Program-made: the position numbers and the translations under genes
In this document: piece by piece, positions 28,890 through 39,427 of the stretch
Layout of the letters: each line of letters starts with the position of its first letter
Position numbering within the stretch: position 1 is the first letter of the stretch
Notes under the pieces: model-generated
The model's database searches: none
What the model was told of the DNA's origin: nothing
Seen by the model: the letters and a program-made list of their open reading frames with translations, nothing else
Assembly (NCBI GenBank): GCA_002689995.1
Contig: NZIV01000063.1
Coordinates: forward strand, 21,010-72,904
Direction of reading: 5' to 3'
DNA length: 51,895 bases
DNA from: Fidelibacterota bacterium
Lineage (GTDB): Bacteria; Fidelibacterota; Marinisomatia; SCGC-AAA003-L08; GCA-2689995

Positions 28890-31460
28890 TTGAAAAAATT
28901 CATTATTTTTATAATTTTATACTCATCCATTAATGGTCAAGGTTGGGGAGGAAGAGAAATGCCTGAAATAGGTTTATTAAAAGGTACTGTAGTTGATTCT
29001 TTAACTAATACTCCAATTGAGTATGCATCTTTATCATTAATTAGTAATCCTAGCGGTGAAATTATTACTGGCGGTGTTACAGATGCTGATGGACAGTTTT
29101 ATATTGATAAAATTAAACTTGGCAATTATAAAGTTATTGTTGAATTTATAGGATATCAAAAAAAAATAATTAATCCTGTAAAATTAACATTCCAAGATAA
29201 ATTTGATAAAAATTTAGGTATAATTAAACTTAATGCTTCATCATTAGAAATGGAAGCAGTTAATGTAATTGAAGATAAACCTGTTTATGAGTTTAAAACA
29301 GATAAATTAGTTTATAATTCTTCTGATGATATTGTTTCTGGAAGTGGAACAGCAGAAGATGTTCTTAGGAAAGTTCCAATGGTAACAGTGGACCAAGATG
29401 GACAAATTCAACTAAGAGGTAATTCTGGAGTTAGAGTGCTAGTTAATGGAAGACCTAATCGTATGGGAGGAGATGTTGATAATATACCTGCATCTTTAAT
29501 TGATAAAGTTGAAGTGATAACAGCACCATCTGCAAAATATGATCCAGAGGGTATAGCTGGTATCATTAATATCGTCTTAAAAAAAGGTGAATATGAAGGT
29601 TTAAATGGTAGCATAAAATTTAATGGGAAACATAATCAATATAATTCTATTAATGCAGTTAATGGATTCACATTTTATAGTAATTACCAAACAGAAAAGT
29701 TTAATGCATATGGATCGTATTCATTAAATAATAGAGCGCGCTATGTAGATGGTAATAGAATAATTGATAGAGAATATAGTACAAATGATGATGATACTTT
29801 ATTAACTAATAACAATTTTATAAATAGTTTTTCAGACTTTAAATTCAATAATCAATCAGAGAGAAGTGGCTACGGATTTAAACTAGGTAATGATTATTAT
29901 ATAAATAAAAATTTTATTATCAATACTGAATTAAATTTTAAAAATTATACAAGAGATTCAGAAAAGAATCAAAATATTATATCACAAATAGGTGGTATTG
30001 AAGCACCAAAGGATACGATTAATTTTATAAATAAAGAAATTGAAAATCCTAATAACTATTATATCGGATCAATTTTAGAAATAAAAAAAGAATACGATAT
30101 ACCAGATAAACAGTTTCTATTTTCATTAGAATTTGATAAAGAAGATGATAGTGAAACAGCAATATCAGCATTAAAAGCTGACTCAACCACAATAAGTGAA
30201 AATTCTAATGGTATAAATATAAGATTTGGCTATGACTTACCACTAAAAAATGAAAATAAATTTAGCCTGGGCTATGATGGAAAGCTTAATAATAATTCTG
30301 AAGAAATGAAATTTGAATTAACAAATGATGATGAGTCACGTTTTGTTGGTGAAGTTGATTTCGGATATAAAAGAAATATACATGGTTTTTTTATGGAATA
30401 TGATTATAAAATAAATGATAAACTAAGTATTAAACCAAGTATGAGAGTTGAATATTTGGATAAAAATATTAGTTTTTCAAAAAATGTTATCGAAGATTCA
30501 AGTCCAGAATCTATGGTATATGCACAAGTTTTATACAATCAACAGGATACAACATATCAAGACTCATATTCAACAATATATCCTAACCTTAACTTGCTCT
30601 ATAAAATTAATAAAAAACAAAATATACAATTCTCAGTTAGTAGGCGTGTTAAAAGGCCAGATGAAGGATGGGGCGGTCCCGGAAATCAAATAAGACCATT
30701 CCCAAGAGATGTTTATAGTAGAAATTTCATATTTTTAGGAGATCCACTTCTAAGACCAGAATATTCAACACAATATGAAGTGTCATATAAAGGACCTATT
30801 CCAATGGGCTTTATGACGTCTAGTATCTTTTATCATAATATTACTGATATGATTAAATGGTATGATAATGATCAATATGCTGGTTCAGATGTTGTTACTT
30901 TCAGAAATTCTGAGTCAGGTGAAAATTATGGTGCGGACTTTTTCTTTTTATTAATGGGACAAGTTATCGGTGGCGGATATAATGTTAATACTGCATTTAA
31001 TCCAGATGATGACTATGAATTAAATGGTAAAAACGAGAGATTTAATATGTACATGAGAGTGACGTTGCCAGAACAATATATAAAACTTTTTAATTTTGAA
31101 TTTGGATTTTATGCAATGAAAATGAATGTTCCTGGTGGTTCATTATTTGGTAAAACAGGCACAGTTTGGGCTAATTCAGGTATATCAAAATCGTTTCTAG
31201 AAAATAGATTAGACCTTTCACTAAGTGTTGATAATATTTTTGATCAAGGTGGATTTCAAATGGATCGATATAAAGAATACAACCCTGTTGGTTTTAATAA
31301 TGTAAATGCATCTGAGAATGCAATTGTTGAGACATACAGAGGTGGTAGGACATATGCATTTAATATCAAATTTAACTTTGGTAAAATGCAAGAAGATAAA
31401 ATGAAAATGAGACGAGGCCGATCTAGAGGTGGTGATGGTGGAATGATGGAGATGTATTAA
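28890..31460 (+). CDS. TonB-dependent receptor / outer-membrane beta-barrel
   Basis: CarboxypepD-like N-domain, plug motif (VEVITAPSAKYDPEGIAGIINIVLK) and a beta-barrel region. Confidence 0.88.
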   Translation: MKKFIIFIILYSSINGQGWGGREMPEIGLLKGTVVDSLTNTPIEYASLSLISNPSGEIITGGVTDADGQFYIDKIKLGNYKVIVEFIGYQKKIINPVKLTFQDKFDKNLGIIKLNASSLEMEAVNVIEDKPVYEFKTDKLVYNSSDDIVSGSGTAEDVLRKVPMVTVDQDGQIQLRGNSGVRVLVNGRPNRMGGDVDNIPASLIDKVEVITAPSAKYDPEGIAGIINIVLKKGEYEGLNGSIKFNGKHNQYNSINAVNGFTFYSNYQTEKFNAYGSYSLNNRARYVDGNRIIDREYSTNDDDTLLTNNNFINSFSDFKFNNQSERSGYGFKLGNDYYINKNFIINTELNFKNYTRDSEKNQNIISQIGGIEAPKDTINFINKEIENPNNYYIGSILEIKKEYDIPDKQFLFSLEFDKEDDSETAISALKADSTTISENSNGINIRFGYDLPLKNENKFSLGYDGKLNNNSEEMKFELTNDDESRFVGEVDFGYKRNIHGFFMEYDYKINDKLSIKPSMRVEYLDKNISFSKNVIEDSSPESMVYAQVLYNQQDTTYQDSYSTIYPNLNLLYKINKKQNIQFSVSRRVKRPDEGWGGPGNQIRPFPRDVYSRNFIFLGDPLLRPEYSTQYEVSYKGPIPMGFMTSSIFYHNITDMIKWYDNDQYAGSDVVTFRNSESGENYGADFFFLLMGQVIGGGYNVNTAFNPDDDYELNGKNERFNMYMRVTLPEQYIKLFNFEFGFYAMKMNVPGGSLFGKTGTVWANSGISKSFLENRLDLSLSVDNIFDQGGFQMDRYKEYNPVGFNNVNASENAIVETYRGGRTYAFNIKFNFGKMQEDKMKMRRGRSRGGDGGMMEMY

Positions 31461-31462
31461 CT

Positions 31463-32419
31463 ATGAATTATAGAAAACTTGGAAATTCTGGTTTAAAACT
31501 TAGTGAACTATCATTTGGTTCTTGGGTCACTTTTGGTAATCAAATAGATGTAAATTTAGCATCTGAATTAATTAAAACAGCCTATGATGCAGGAGTTAAT
31601 TTTTTTGATAATGCAGAGGCATATGCAGCTGGAGAGTCAGAAAAGATAATGGGCGATGCTTTAAAAAAACTTAAAATACCTAGAGATACATGGTGTATAT
31701 CTAGTAAAGTATTTTGGGGTGGAAATCTACCCACTCAAATAGGACTAAGTGCCAAGCATATACATGACTGCTGTAATAATGCACTTAAAAGATTAAAAGT
31801 TGAATATTTAGATTTATATTTCTGTCATAGACCAGACCCTGATACACCAATTGAAGAAACTGTTCGAGCTATGAACAACTTGATTAAACAAGGAAAAATT
31901 CTATATTGGGGTACATCTGAATGGTCGGCAAATCAGATTGAAGAAGCATTCAAAATAGCCTCAAATAACTATCTAACACCACCAACCATGGAGCAACCTC
32001 AATATAATTTATTAAATCGTGATAGATTTGAAAATGAATATAAAACTATTTTTGAAAAATATTCAATAGGAACAACTACTTGGTCTCCACTTTGTTCTGG
32101 TATTTTAACTGGAAAGTATAAAAATGGAATCCCAAAAAATGCAAGATTTTCTATCGAATCCTATCAATGGCTTTGGGAAAAATTCAAAGAAGATGGTATA
32201 GAAAATCAATTTACTAAAATTCAAAAGTTTTGTGAAATGGCTAGTAAATTAAATTTAACACCTGCACAACTGGCAATAAAGTGGTGCTTAAATAATTCTA
32301 ACGTAAGCACAGTGATTTTAGGTGCATCAAAGAAATCACAACTAGAAGAAAATCTCAAAATTTATGATTTAAATAGTTCTGATATTGATTTTAGCGAAGT
32401 AGAAATTTGTTTTAATTAG
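31463..32419 (+). CDS. Aldo/keto reductase (Kv-beta-like)
   Basis: MNYRKLGNSGLKLSELSFGSW, FFDNAEAY, DLYFCHRPD and WGTSEW. Confidence 0.93.
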   Translation: MNYRKLGNSGLKLSELSFGSWVTFGNQIDVNLASELIKTAYDAGVNFFDNAEAYAAGESEKIMGDALKKLKIPRDTWCISSKVFWGGNLPTQIGLSAKHIHDCCNNALKRLKVEYLDLYFCHRPDPDTPIEETVRAMNNLIKQGKILYWGTSEWSANQIEEAFKIASNNYLTPPTMEQPQYNLLNRDRFENEYKTIFEKYSIGTTTWSPLCSGILTGKYKNGIPKNARFSIESYQWLWEKFKEDGIENQFTKIQKFCEMASKLNLTPAQLAIKWCLNNSNVSTVILGASKKSQLEENLKIYDLNSSDIDFSEVEICFN

Positions 32420-33425
32420 CCTTTTTAAATTTTTCTAATTGAGTCTGATAATATTCATCTTTCGGATTCAATTCAATTGCACGTTTAATGGTTTTTATAG
32501 CATTTTGAATATCACCAAGCAGCCATTCAACCTCAGCCTGTGTATCTAAAACCATTGGTTTAGAATTATCATCTGCTAATTCGACACCTATCTTTGCTTT
32601 TATCAGAGCATCATCTAAATTTTGTTTTAACTCTGTCATTCTCCAAGCATAACTATTCATAACACTTGAACTTTTAGTAAATTTTTCACTCATTTCAAAT
32701 AAAGTTGAAATTTCTTTGGTTGTATCTTTTTCTACAATATAATATTTTGCTATCATTTGGTATGCAGATATACATAAAGGCGATTCTGAGTAATCCTTAA
32801 TGAAATTTTGTAGACCTGTTATATCGCTATTCTCCCAACCTAATTTTGCCATTGCAAATTTCGCAGATATAATTTCATCCTCCATTTCTTCTGGAGCATT
32901 TTTTAAAAATTGAGTGTAATATTTTTCTGAAATTTCAGACTCACCTCTAGCAGAATATTTTTCACCTAATTTAAAAATTATACTATAATCATTCGGACTT
33001 TCTATTAATTTATTTTCCAACACAGAAATAGTATTTTCACCTTCTAGGATTTCTTTAACCATGGGCAAATATTGATCTGGAGGTGCATAACCTATTATAC
33101 GATCTATTTCATTACCATGATTATCTATAAATACAACTGTAGGAAAAATACGAACTTTATATTGGCTTACAATTTGACTTCCCTCACGTTGTCCAGCATT
33201 AATTTTTATACTATTAAATTTATCAGTGAGAGTTAAAAATGAATTATCTAAAAATGTATCAGCTTCCAGCCGAGCACACCATCCTCAGCTATCGGTATAA
33301 AAGTCTAGCATTATTAACTTGCTGCCTGTAATATTTTTCAAATCTTCTAAACTTCCTTTATACCAAGGATAAGTTGGATTAGTATTACATGCAAAAATAA
33401 ACAAAATAAATATTAGTCTTTTCAA
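32412..33425 (-). CDS. Lipoprotein thioredoxin-fold + TPR protein; predicted selenoprotein (Sec47, UGWC)
   Basis: AGGAG RBS, TTG start, lipobox FIFA-C, then MLDFYTDS-TGA-GWCARLEADTF...FPTVVFID...EIDRIIGY running in frame into the listed 218-aa TPR ORF; 337 aa in total. Confidence 0.88.
33255..33278 (-). promoter_or_regulatory. SECIS-like hairpin
   Basis: TGTG-C-TCGGCT-GGA-AGCTGA-TACA; loop G lies 18 nt after the UGA at 33285-33287; locally GC-rich in an AT-rich genome. Confidence 0.65.
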
Positions 33426-33435
33426 AATTATTCTC

Positions 33436-33972
33436 CTATTTATTATTTGTACTGTGTCCTGCTAATTGAAATCTTGATAGATGTTTGTAATCTGAAATTA
33501 TAGAAAGTGTATTTATTTCAAACTCTTCGTCAGGTATTATCATATCATGAATTTGGCTCTTCTTATCTTTCGTCATCTTTCCTTTAAAATGAATTGTACA
33601 ATGAGCTTTAAATGGATATTCATTATCAAAAAACTTAATACCACAATGTTTAACCTTGTGGTGAATATCATTAATAATTAAATCATCCATAAATTCAAAA
33701 AAATAAATATCTGTTTTGGGGAAAAAATTTATTTTTGAAAATTTTACTTTGAATGGAGCAATTGATTTAACAAGATCTGAAATAATTTCATTTGCTTCAA
33801 AAATATCCTGCTTATCTGAAATATGACCACATCCAGATGAACCCGCAAGCGTAATAACAACTGGTTTCCATGCAATTTTAGTATCTAAGCTTTGTCTAAT
33901 ACGACGAATTTTATCAGATAATTCTTCTGGTATATCTAGACATATAAAAGTAACCTTTTTAAAATTAAGCAT
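33436..33972 (-). CDS. 2H phosphoesterase (2'-5' RNA ligase-like) family protein
   Basis: Second HxT motif FKAHCTI is present; the first motif reads PVVITL. Confidence 0.7.
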   Translation of the reverse strand: MLNFKKVTFICLDIPEELSDKIRRIRQSLDTKIAWKPVVITLAGSSGCGHISDKQDIFEANEIISDLVKSIAPFKVKFSKINFFPKTDIYFFEFMDDLIINDIHHKVKHCGIKFFDNEYPFKAHCTIHFKGKMTKDKKSQIHDMIIPDEEFEINTLSIISDYKHLSRFQLAGHSTNNK

Positions 33973-34377
33973 TTATTTTTTTACTAATTCTTCTAAAGCT
34001 TGCTCATATGACTCTACTATATTTTTATAGTAAAAATCTTTTCCTTTAAAGAATAATGAATTTTTTATTTTTTCAATTGATACTGTTGAATACGGTATCT
34101 CTAAAAAATGAATAGTATCACTCAATGTAAATCCACCTTGATGCCAAGAAGAGGGTGAAATTACTAATCCTAATGCAATTTTTCTATTCCTTTGAATAAA
34201 TGATACGGCTTTTGCTTCGTCATGTGTTCTTAAAAACTTGACTTCAATATTTAATATCTTTGCCTTTCTACGAATTGATCTATCAATTTTATCAATTGTG
34301 ATTCTACTACCATTTTTGGTAGATTTTAAACCAATATAATTCATATTTGGACCATGTAAAATTAGAATTTTATTCAT
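33973..34377 (-). CDS. Type II 3-dehydroquinate dehydratase-like protein (degenerate active site)
   Basis: KILILHGPNMNYIG N-terminus and AroQ-like length; catalytic motifs are altered. Confidence 0.7.
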   Translation of the reverse strand: MNKILILHGPNMNYIGLKSTKNGSRITIDKIDRSIRRKAKILNIEVKFLRTHDEAKAVSFIQRNRKIALGLVISPSSWHQGGFTLSDTIHFLEIPYSTVSIEKIKNSLFFKGKDFYYKNIVESYEQALEELVKK

Positions 34378-34892
34378 ACGGATAATTTTAATTTATTTAA
34401 ATAATTAATATACATTTCCACTATTTTTTCATGTGACGTAAAAGCTAATTGTGGTAATTGATTTAATGGAAACAATTTTGCGTCATCTGCATCATCCCCT
34501 GCAACCATATCTTTAAAGTCAGAAACATCCATTAAAAAGGCCAATAACAAAATGTCTCCATGTAAAGAATTAAAATGACTAGTATAGCCTAATTGACAGT
34601 TCACACGGCCATCTAAATTTGTCTCTTCTTTTAATTCTCTAATTGCAGCCTGATCTGGTGTTTCATTTAATTCTATGAATCCTCCTGGCAAACCCCATAG
34701 CCCTTTTCCAGGCTCAACGGCTCTTTTAACTAATAAAATGTTTTTTGATTCAGGACAAATTAATGTGGAAGTTGGTTTAGGATTTTCATAGTGAATACTA
34801 TTACAATTTAAACAATGATATCGTAGACCACCATCAATAAAACCATAAATATTTTTTTTACCACAATTAGAACAGTATTCAAGATATGACAT
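34374..34892 (-). CDS. Nudix hydrolase with N-terminal zinc ribbon
   Basis: YCSNCG...CLNC...YENP and the Nudix box GGFIELNETPDQAAIRELKEETNL. Confidence 0.92.
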   Translation of the reverse strand: MSYLEYCSNCGKKNIYGFIDGGLRYHCLNCNSIHYENPKPTSTLICPESKNILLVKRAVEPGKGLWGLPGGFIELNETPDQAAIRELKEETNLDGRVNCQLGYTSHFNSLHGDILLLAFLMDVSDFKDMVAGDDADDAKLFPLNQLPQLAFTSHEKIVEMYINYLNKLKLSV

Positions 34893-34966
34893 GATATAAT
34901 TTCGGATTATTTAGTAAAGGAATCCAACTTGGAATATGATTAAAAAAACACCTATTTTTATCTACT

Positions 34967-35890
34967 ATGAAAAATCAAAATTCAATTCTTACAGTAGGAT
35001 CTATTGCGCTTGATAACCTTGAGACTATAAAAGGTAAAAAGGAAAAAATGCTTGGAGGATCAGCAACATATTTTGCAATGGCAGCATCATTGTTTGTAGA
35101 GGTTCGTGTTGTTGGTGTTGTTGGTACAGACTTTACGGATGAAGGCCATAATATTTTTGACTCTAATAATATTGACAAAAAAAACTTACAAGTCATTGAT
35201 GGAAAAACATTCTCATGGGGAGGGAAATACAGTAATGATTTTTCTACGCGAAAAACACTTTTTACAGATTTAGGTGTTTTTGAAAATTTTAAACCAAAAA
35301 TTGATAAAGAGCATATTAATACTCCAATAGTATTTTTAGGTAATATTCATCCTGATTTACAAATGGATGTAATTAACCAAATGAATGAAGATTGCTTAAT
35401 CATAACTGACACAATGAATCTTTGGATAGATATTAGTTTAAATAGTCTTTTTAATGTAATCTCAAAAACTGATATTTTACTTCTCAATAATGAGGAAGCT
35501 GAGCAATTAACTGGAGAATCTAATTTAAGTAAAGCAGGAGAAATACTAATTTCAAAAGGGCCTAAAACTGTAGTTATAAAAAAAGGTGCTAATGGATCAA
35601 TGGTTTGTGGCGAAATCGAAATTGACAATATACCTGTATTCCCTGGTATTGATGTATTTGATCCTACGGGAGCTGGTGATAGTTTCGCTGGTGGTTTTTG
35701 TGGTTATTTAGCAATAAACGGGAGAGATAATATTATTGATGCAATTATTTACGGTTCAGCAGTTGCTTCATATACTGTATCTCAGTTTAGTGTTAATTGG
35801 TTAAAAAATATTAATATTGATAATATTAAAGATAGGGCTAAAACTATTTCTAGTTTATTAGCAGAAAAAAATAATCAATCGAAAGGATAA
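34967..35890 (+). CDS. PfkB-family sugar/nucleoside kinase
   Basis: GGSATY N-terminal motif and the DPTGAGDSFAGG signature. Confidence 0.93.
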   Translation: MKNQNSILTVGSIALDNLETIKGKKEKMLGGSATYFAMAASLFVEVRVVGVVGTDFTDEGHNIFDSNNIDKKNLQVIDGKTFSWGGKYSNDFSTRKTLFTDLGVFENFKPKIDKEHINTPIVFLGNIHPDLQMDVINQMNEDCLIITDTMNLWIDISLNSLFNVISKTDILLLNNEEAEQLTGESNLSKAGEILISKGPKTVVIKKGANGSMVCGEIEIDNIPVFPGIDVFDPTGAGDSFAGGFCGYLAINGRDNIIDAIIYGSAVASYTVSQFSVNWLKNINIDNIKDRAKTISSLLAEKNNQSKG

Positions 35891-35893
35891 CAA

Positions 35894-36946
35894 ATGTTAA
35901 AAAGATTTTCCATATTAATTATTACAGTTATAATACTTTTTACAGGATGTAAAAGTCCTGAGTTTACTTCTGCATTGATGTATGTAAATGAAAATAACCT
36001 AGGAAAAGCTGAAGAATTTTTCAAAAAAGCACTTATTGTTGAACCAGATAATGCTCTAGTACCATATCTTTATGCAAGAGATGTACTTTTACCGGAGGAA
36101 CGTTGGAATGAAATGGCCAATATGTTTAACCGTGCAAATGAAATTAATCCTGATGCAAATTTAGAAAAACCAATTATAATTGATGGAAATATTTACTCAA
36201 CAGTCTCAGAAGGAGCTGAAGCCTATAGAGAACAAGAATGGGGTAAAATATTCAATAAAGCGGTAGAGGTTAAAGATGATAAAAAAAATGCTATTGAATT
36301 CTTAAATCTCGCAATAAAAGTATACCCATCAAAAAGTAATACATATGGTTATTTAGCCTCTGTTTACTTAGATATGGGAGACTTAAAATCTGCAAAAAAT
36401 GCTGCACAGAATGGATATGAAAAAAATCCAGAAGATATTTTAATTCTTCAAGTCTTAGCTAGTATAGCACAAAAAAATGAAAAATTAGACTTAGCTGTTG
36501 ATTACATGGAATTAGCTTTAGGAATAGCTGAAGATAAAGGGACAATATTAAGAAAATTAATTTATATTTTTATAGATATGGAAGAATTTGAAACAGCAAT
36601 TGAATATTCAATGAAAGCAATTAGAGAATATCCAAATGATCCAGATATTTATTACAATGTAGGTGTACTTTATCAAAAAATGGCAATTCAATTATTTGAG
36701 CCAGCAAGAACTAAGTTTGTTGAAGAGTCAAATAAAGATAAATGGGATAAAGATATAATGAATGATATCTATGAAGATTTCAGAAAAGCTCGCTCTTTTT
36801 GCGTAGAAGCGAAAGATTATTTTTTAGATTCTACTGATTTAGAAGGTGATGAAGACGGTTCAACACAAGCTGTTAGTGAAATGAAAAAAACAATTAATCA
36901 ATTAGATGAAATCTTTATTCCAGCAGTAAGAGATATGATGGATTAG
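35894..36946 (+). CDS. TPR-repeat lipoprotein
   Basis: Lipobox FTGC; multiple TPR-like helices (e.g. YPNDPDIYYNVGVLY). Confidence 0.85.
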   Translation: MLKRFSILIITVIILFTGCKSPEFTSALMYVNENNLGKAEEFFKKALIVEPDNALVPYLYARDVLLPEERWNEMANMFNRANEINPDANLEKPIIIDGNIYSTVSEGAEAYREQEWGKIFNKAVEVKDDKKNAIEFLNLAIKVYPSKSNTYGYLASVYLDMGDLKSAKNAAQNGYEKNPEDILILQVLASIAQKNEKLDLAVDYMELALGIAEDKGTILRKLIYIFIDMEEFETAIEYSMKAIREYPNDPDIYYNVGVLYQKMAIQLFEPARTKFVEESNKDKWDKDIMNDIYEDFRKARSFCVEAKDYFLDSTDLEGDEDGSTQAVSEMKKTINQLDEIFIPAVRDMMD

Positions 36947-36947
36947 T

Positions 36948-38444
36948 ATGAAATTATTTCTTACAATTTTATTTTTTTCACTTTTAATTCCAGCAAGTTC
37001 TTATAATATGGATTTAAAGTCTATAACTATGTATGAAAATAGTCAGTTTAATTATGGTATTTCAGATGTTTGGGGCTATACTGATGAATATGGAAATGAA
37101 TACGCAATTGTAGGTTATCTAAATGGTACTAAAATTTTAGATGTAAGTACCAACCCTAATAACCCCATTGAAGTAATGGATATTCCAGGACCATCAGATA
37201 ATGATTATTATTTTCATAGAGATTATAAAACATTAAATGATGTTCTATATACAGTATGTGAAATGACGGGTGGTGACATGGGCATGCAGGTTATTGATTT
37301 ATCCCCTCTCCCTGAAAATCTACCAATTCAATACCCTACATATAATGAAATTGGAACCTCACATAACTTGTGGGTTGACCCTAATGGATACGCATATATT
37401 GAACATAGTTACGGCGATGCTATAAATATAGCAGATTTATCAGATCCTCTAAATCCAATGGAAGTTGGAAGTTTTGGAAGTATTGGTCCTAATACACATG
37501 ATATTTTTACTCGTAATGGTATTGCTTATGTTTCAAATGGCTGGAGTGAAGATTTTTTAATATGTGATATAAATGATTTTAATAATATCGAAGTGCTTGC
37601 AACAATTTCTGAAGGTGTTTCAGGCTATGCTCATAATGCATGGCTATCTGAAGATAGTAGCCACTTAATAACTACTGAAGAAACCGAAGATCGTACAGTT
37701 AAAATTTGGAACATTGAAAATTTATCTAATATTTCATTGGTAGGTGAATATCTTGCCGAAAATGGATTAGCACATAATGTTCATGTGAAAGGAAGCCTAG
37801 TTTATATTTCACATTATACTACTGGTATACGTATTATTGATATATTTGATCCAACCTATCCTGTAGAAGTTGCAGGCTGGGATACTTATCCGCAAAATGA
37901 TGGTGATGGTTATTATGGTTGTTGGGGAGCTTTTCCGTACACGGAAAATGGATATATATATGCAAGTGATATGCAAAATGGACTTTATGTATTAAGTTTT
38001 GAACCTATCTATGCTGGCTGGATAATTGGAAATATTTTTGATAATACTGGAAATCCACTACCAGATAATGCTGAAATTTTTTCAAATTTAGATGGAAGAA
38101 AATTTTCTATCCAAGAAAATGGATTATATCACATTGGAATGCCAGCTGGTCTGCACTCATTTGATGTATATTTAGGTAATGTAAACTTAGGAGGATTTAA
38201 TGCTAATTTTATTGAACACAATACTATAAATAATAATATTTATCTGACAGGTGAAATTTTGCAAGGTGACCCATCCGGTGATGGACTTATAAATGTATTA
38301 GATATTCTAATGACAATAAATGTTATTACTGGTCAAAATATGTTTAGTGAAATTGAATTTGTATCTGCTGATTTAAATCAAGATAATAATATTAATATTT
38401 TAGATATTGTACTTATTGTTAACATTATACTTGGAAATAATTAG
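36948..38444 (+). CDS. Secreted choice-of-anchor B / LVIVD-repeat protein with C-terminal dockerin-like domain
   Basis: SDVWGY, HRDYKT, HNLW, HDIF, HNAWLSED, HNVHV and WGAFPY motifs; duplicated dockerin-like Ca-binding repeats. Confidence 0.87.
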   Translation: MKLFLTILFFSLLIPASSYNMDLKSITMYENSQFNYGISDVWGYTDEYGNEYAIVGYLNGTKILDVSTNPNNPIEVMDIPGPSDNDYYFHRDYKTLNDVLYTVCEMTGGDMGMQVIDLSPLPENLPIQYPTYNEIGTSHNLWVDPNGYAYIEHSYGDAINIADLSDPLNPMEVGSFGSIGPNTHDIFTRNGIAYVSNGWSEDFLICDINDFNNIEVLATISEGVSGYAHNAWLSEDSSHLITTEETEDRTVKIWNIENLSNISLVGEYLAENGLAHNVHVKGSLVYISHYTTGIRIIDIFDPTYPVEVAGWDTYPQNDGDGYYGCWGAFPYTENGYIYASDMQNGLYVLSFEPIYAGWIIGNIFDNTGNPLPDNAEIFSNLDGRKFSIQENGLYHIGMPAGLHSFDVYLGNVNLGGFNANFIEHNTINNNIYLTGEILQGDPSGDGLINVLDILMTINVITGQNMFSEIEFVSADLNQDNNINILDIVLIVNIILGNN

Positions 38445-39351
38445 TTAATACTGGCTCTACTAGTTTAAATTTAGCTTCATTTATCCAATTAATTTGAACT
38501 CCTCTACGCTCCATTCTTCTAAAAAAAGTCATTTGCCGTTTTGAAAATTGATGAATTGCCGTATTAAGCTTTTGAAACATATCGTTATAATTCAAATCAC
38601 CTTTAAGATATTTTCCAATAAATTTATATTCTAAGCCAAAATATTCTAACCTCTCTTCAGATAGCCCATTGTTTAATAAACTCTTTACCTCATCTATCAT
38701 GCCATTATCAAGTCTCAATTTTAACCGATGAGTAATACTCTTTCTGACTTTCTTTCTATCTGGAGCGATTCCGATTACACAATAATTAAATTTTTGAAAT
38801 TGTCTAATTTCTATTTCTTGTTTTTTTATTTCTTTACTTAATCCTATTTCGATTGCTCTAATTGTCCGTTTTTTTGAAGACAAATCGGTGATATTATGAA
38901 GTTTTAAATTTAAATTTTTTAATATATCAATTAATACTTCATGACTTTCTTTTTCAAGGTTATATCGTAAATAAACGTTAGGTGGAACTTCTGACATATC
39001 ATAATTTAATAAGACTGATTCGATATAAAGTCCTGTGCCACCACATAAAATTGGGAGAGAATAATTTTTTAAAATTTCTTTTTGAGCCCTTCTAAAATCA
39101 TTTTGAAAATGAAAAACACTATAATTTTGCTCTGGCTGTAAAATATCAATTAAATGATATGGAATATGTTTTCCATTTATTTTATATTCTTTCAAATCCT
39201 TACCAGTTCCAATATCCATACCATTATATATTTGCCTAGAATCAGCTGAAATAATTTCCCCTTTATACTTTGCAGCTATTTTAACAGATAAAGATGTTTT
39301 TCCTGAGGCTGTTGGTCCAATAATTACTAAAAGATTTGAGTTTTTATACAT
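38425..39351 (-). CDS. miaA: tRNA dimethylallyltransferase MiaA
   Basis: GPTASGKT, IISADSRQIY...MDIGTGK, GGTGLY and KRQMTFFR. Confidence 0.96.
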   Translation of the reverse strand: MYKNSNLLVIIGPTASGKTSLSVKIAAKYKGEIISADSRQIYNGMDIGTGKDLKEYKINGKHIPYHLIDILQPEQNYSVFHFQNDFRRAQKEILKNYSLPILCGGTGLYIESVLLNYDMSEVPPNVYLRYNLEKESHEVLIDILKNLNLKLHNITDLSSKKRTIRAIEIGLSKEIKKQEIEIRQFQKFNYCVIGIAPDRKKVRKSITHRLKLRLDNGMIDEVKSLLNNGLSEERLEYFGLEYKFIGKYLKGDLNYNDMFQKLNTAIHQFSKRQMTFFRRMERRGVQINWINEAKFKLVEPVLTNYFQV

Positions 39352-39427
39352 AATGATTATTAATTTGTTTATGATATCATTTATTTTCTTGTTTAAATTT
39401 ATGTTATTTTATTAAAAAGGAAAATAA

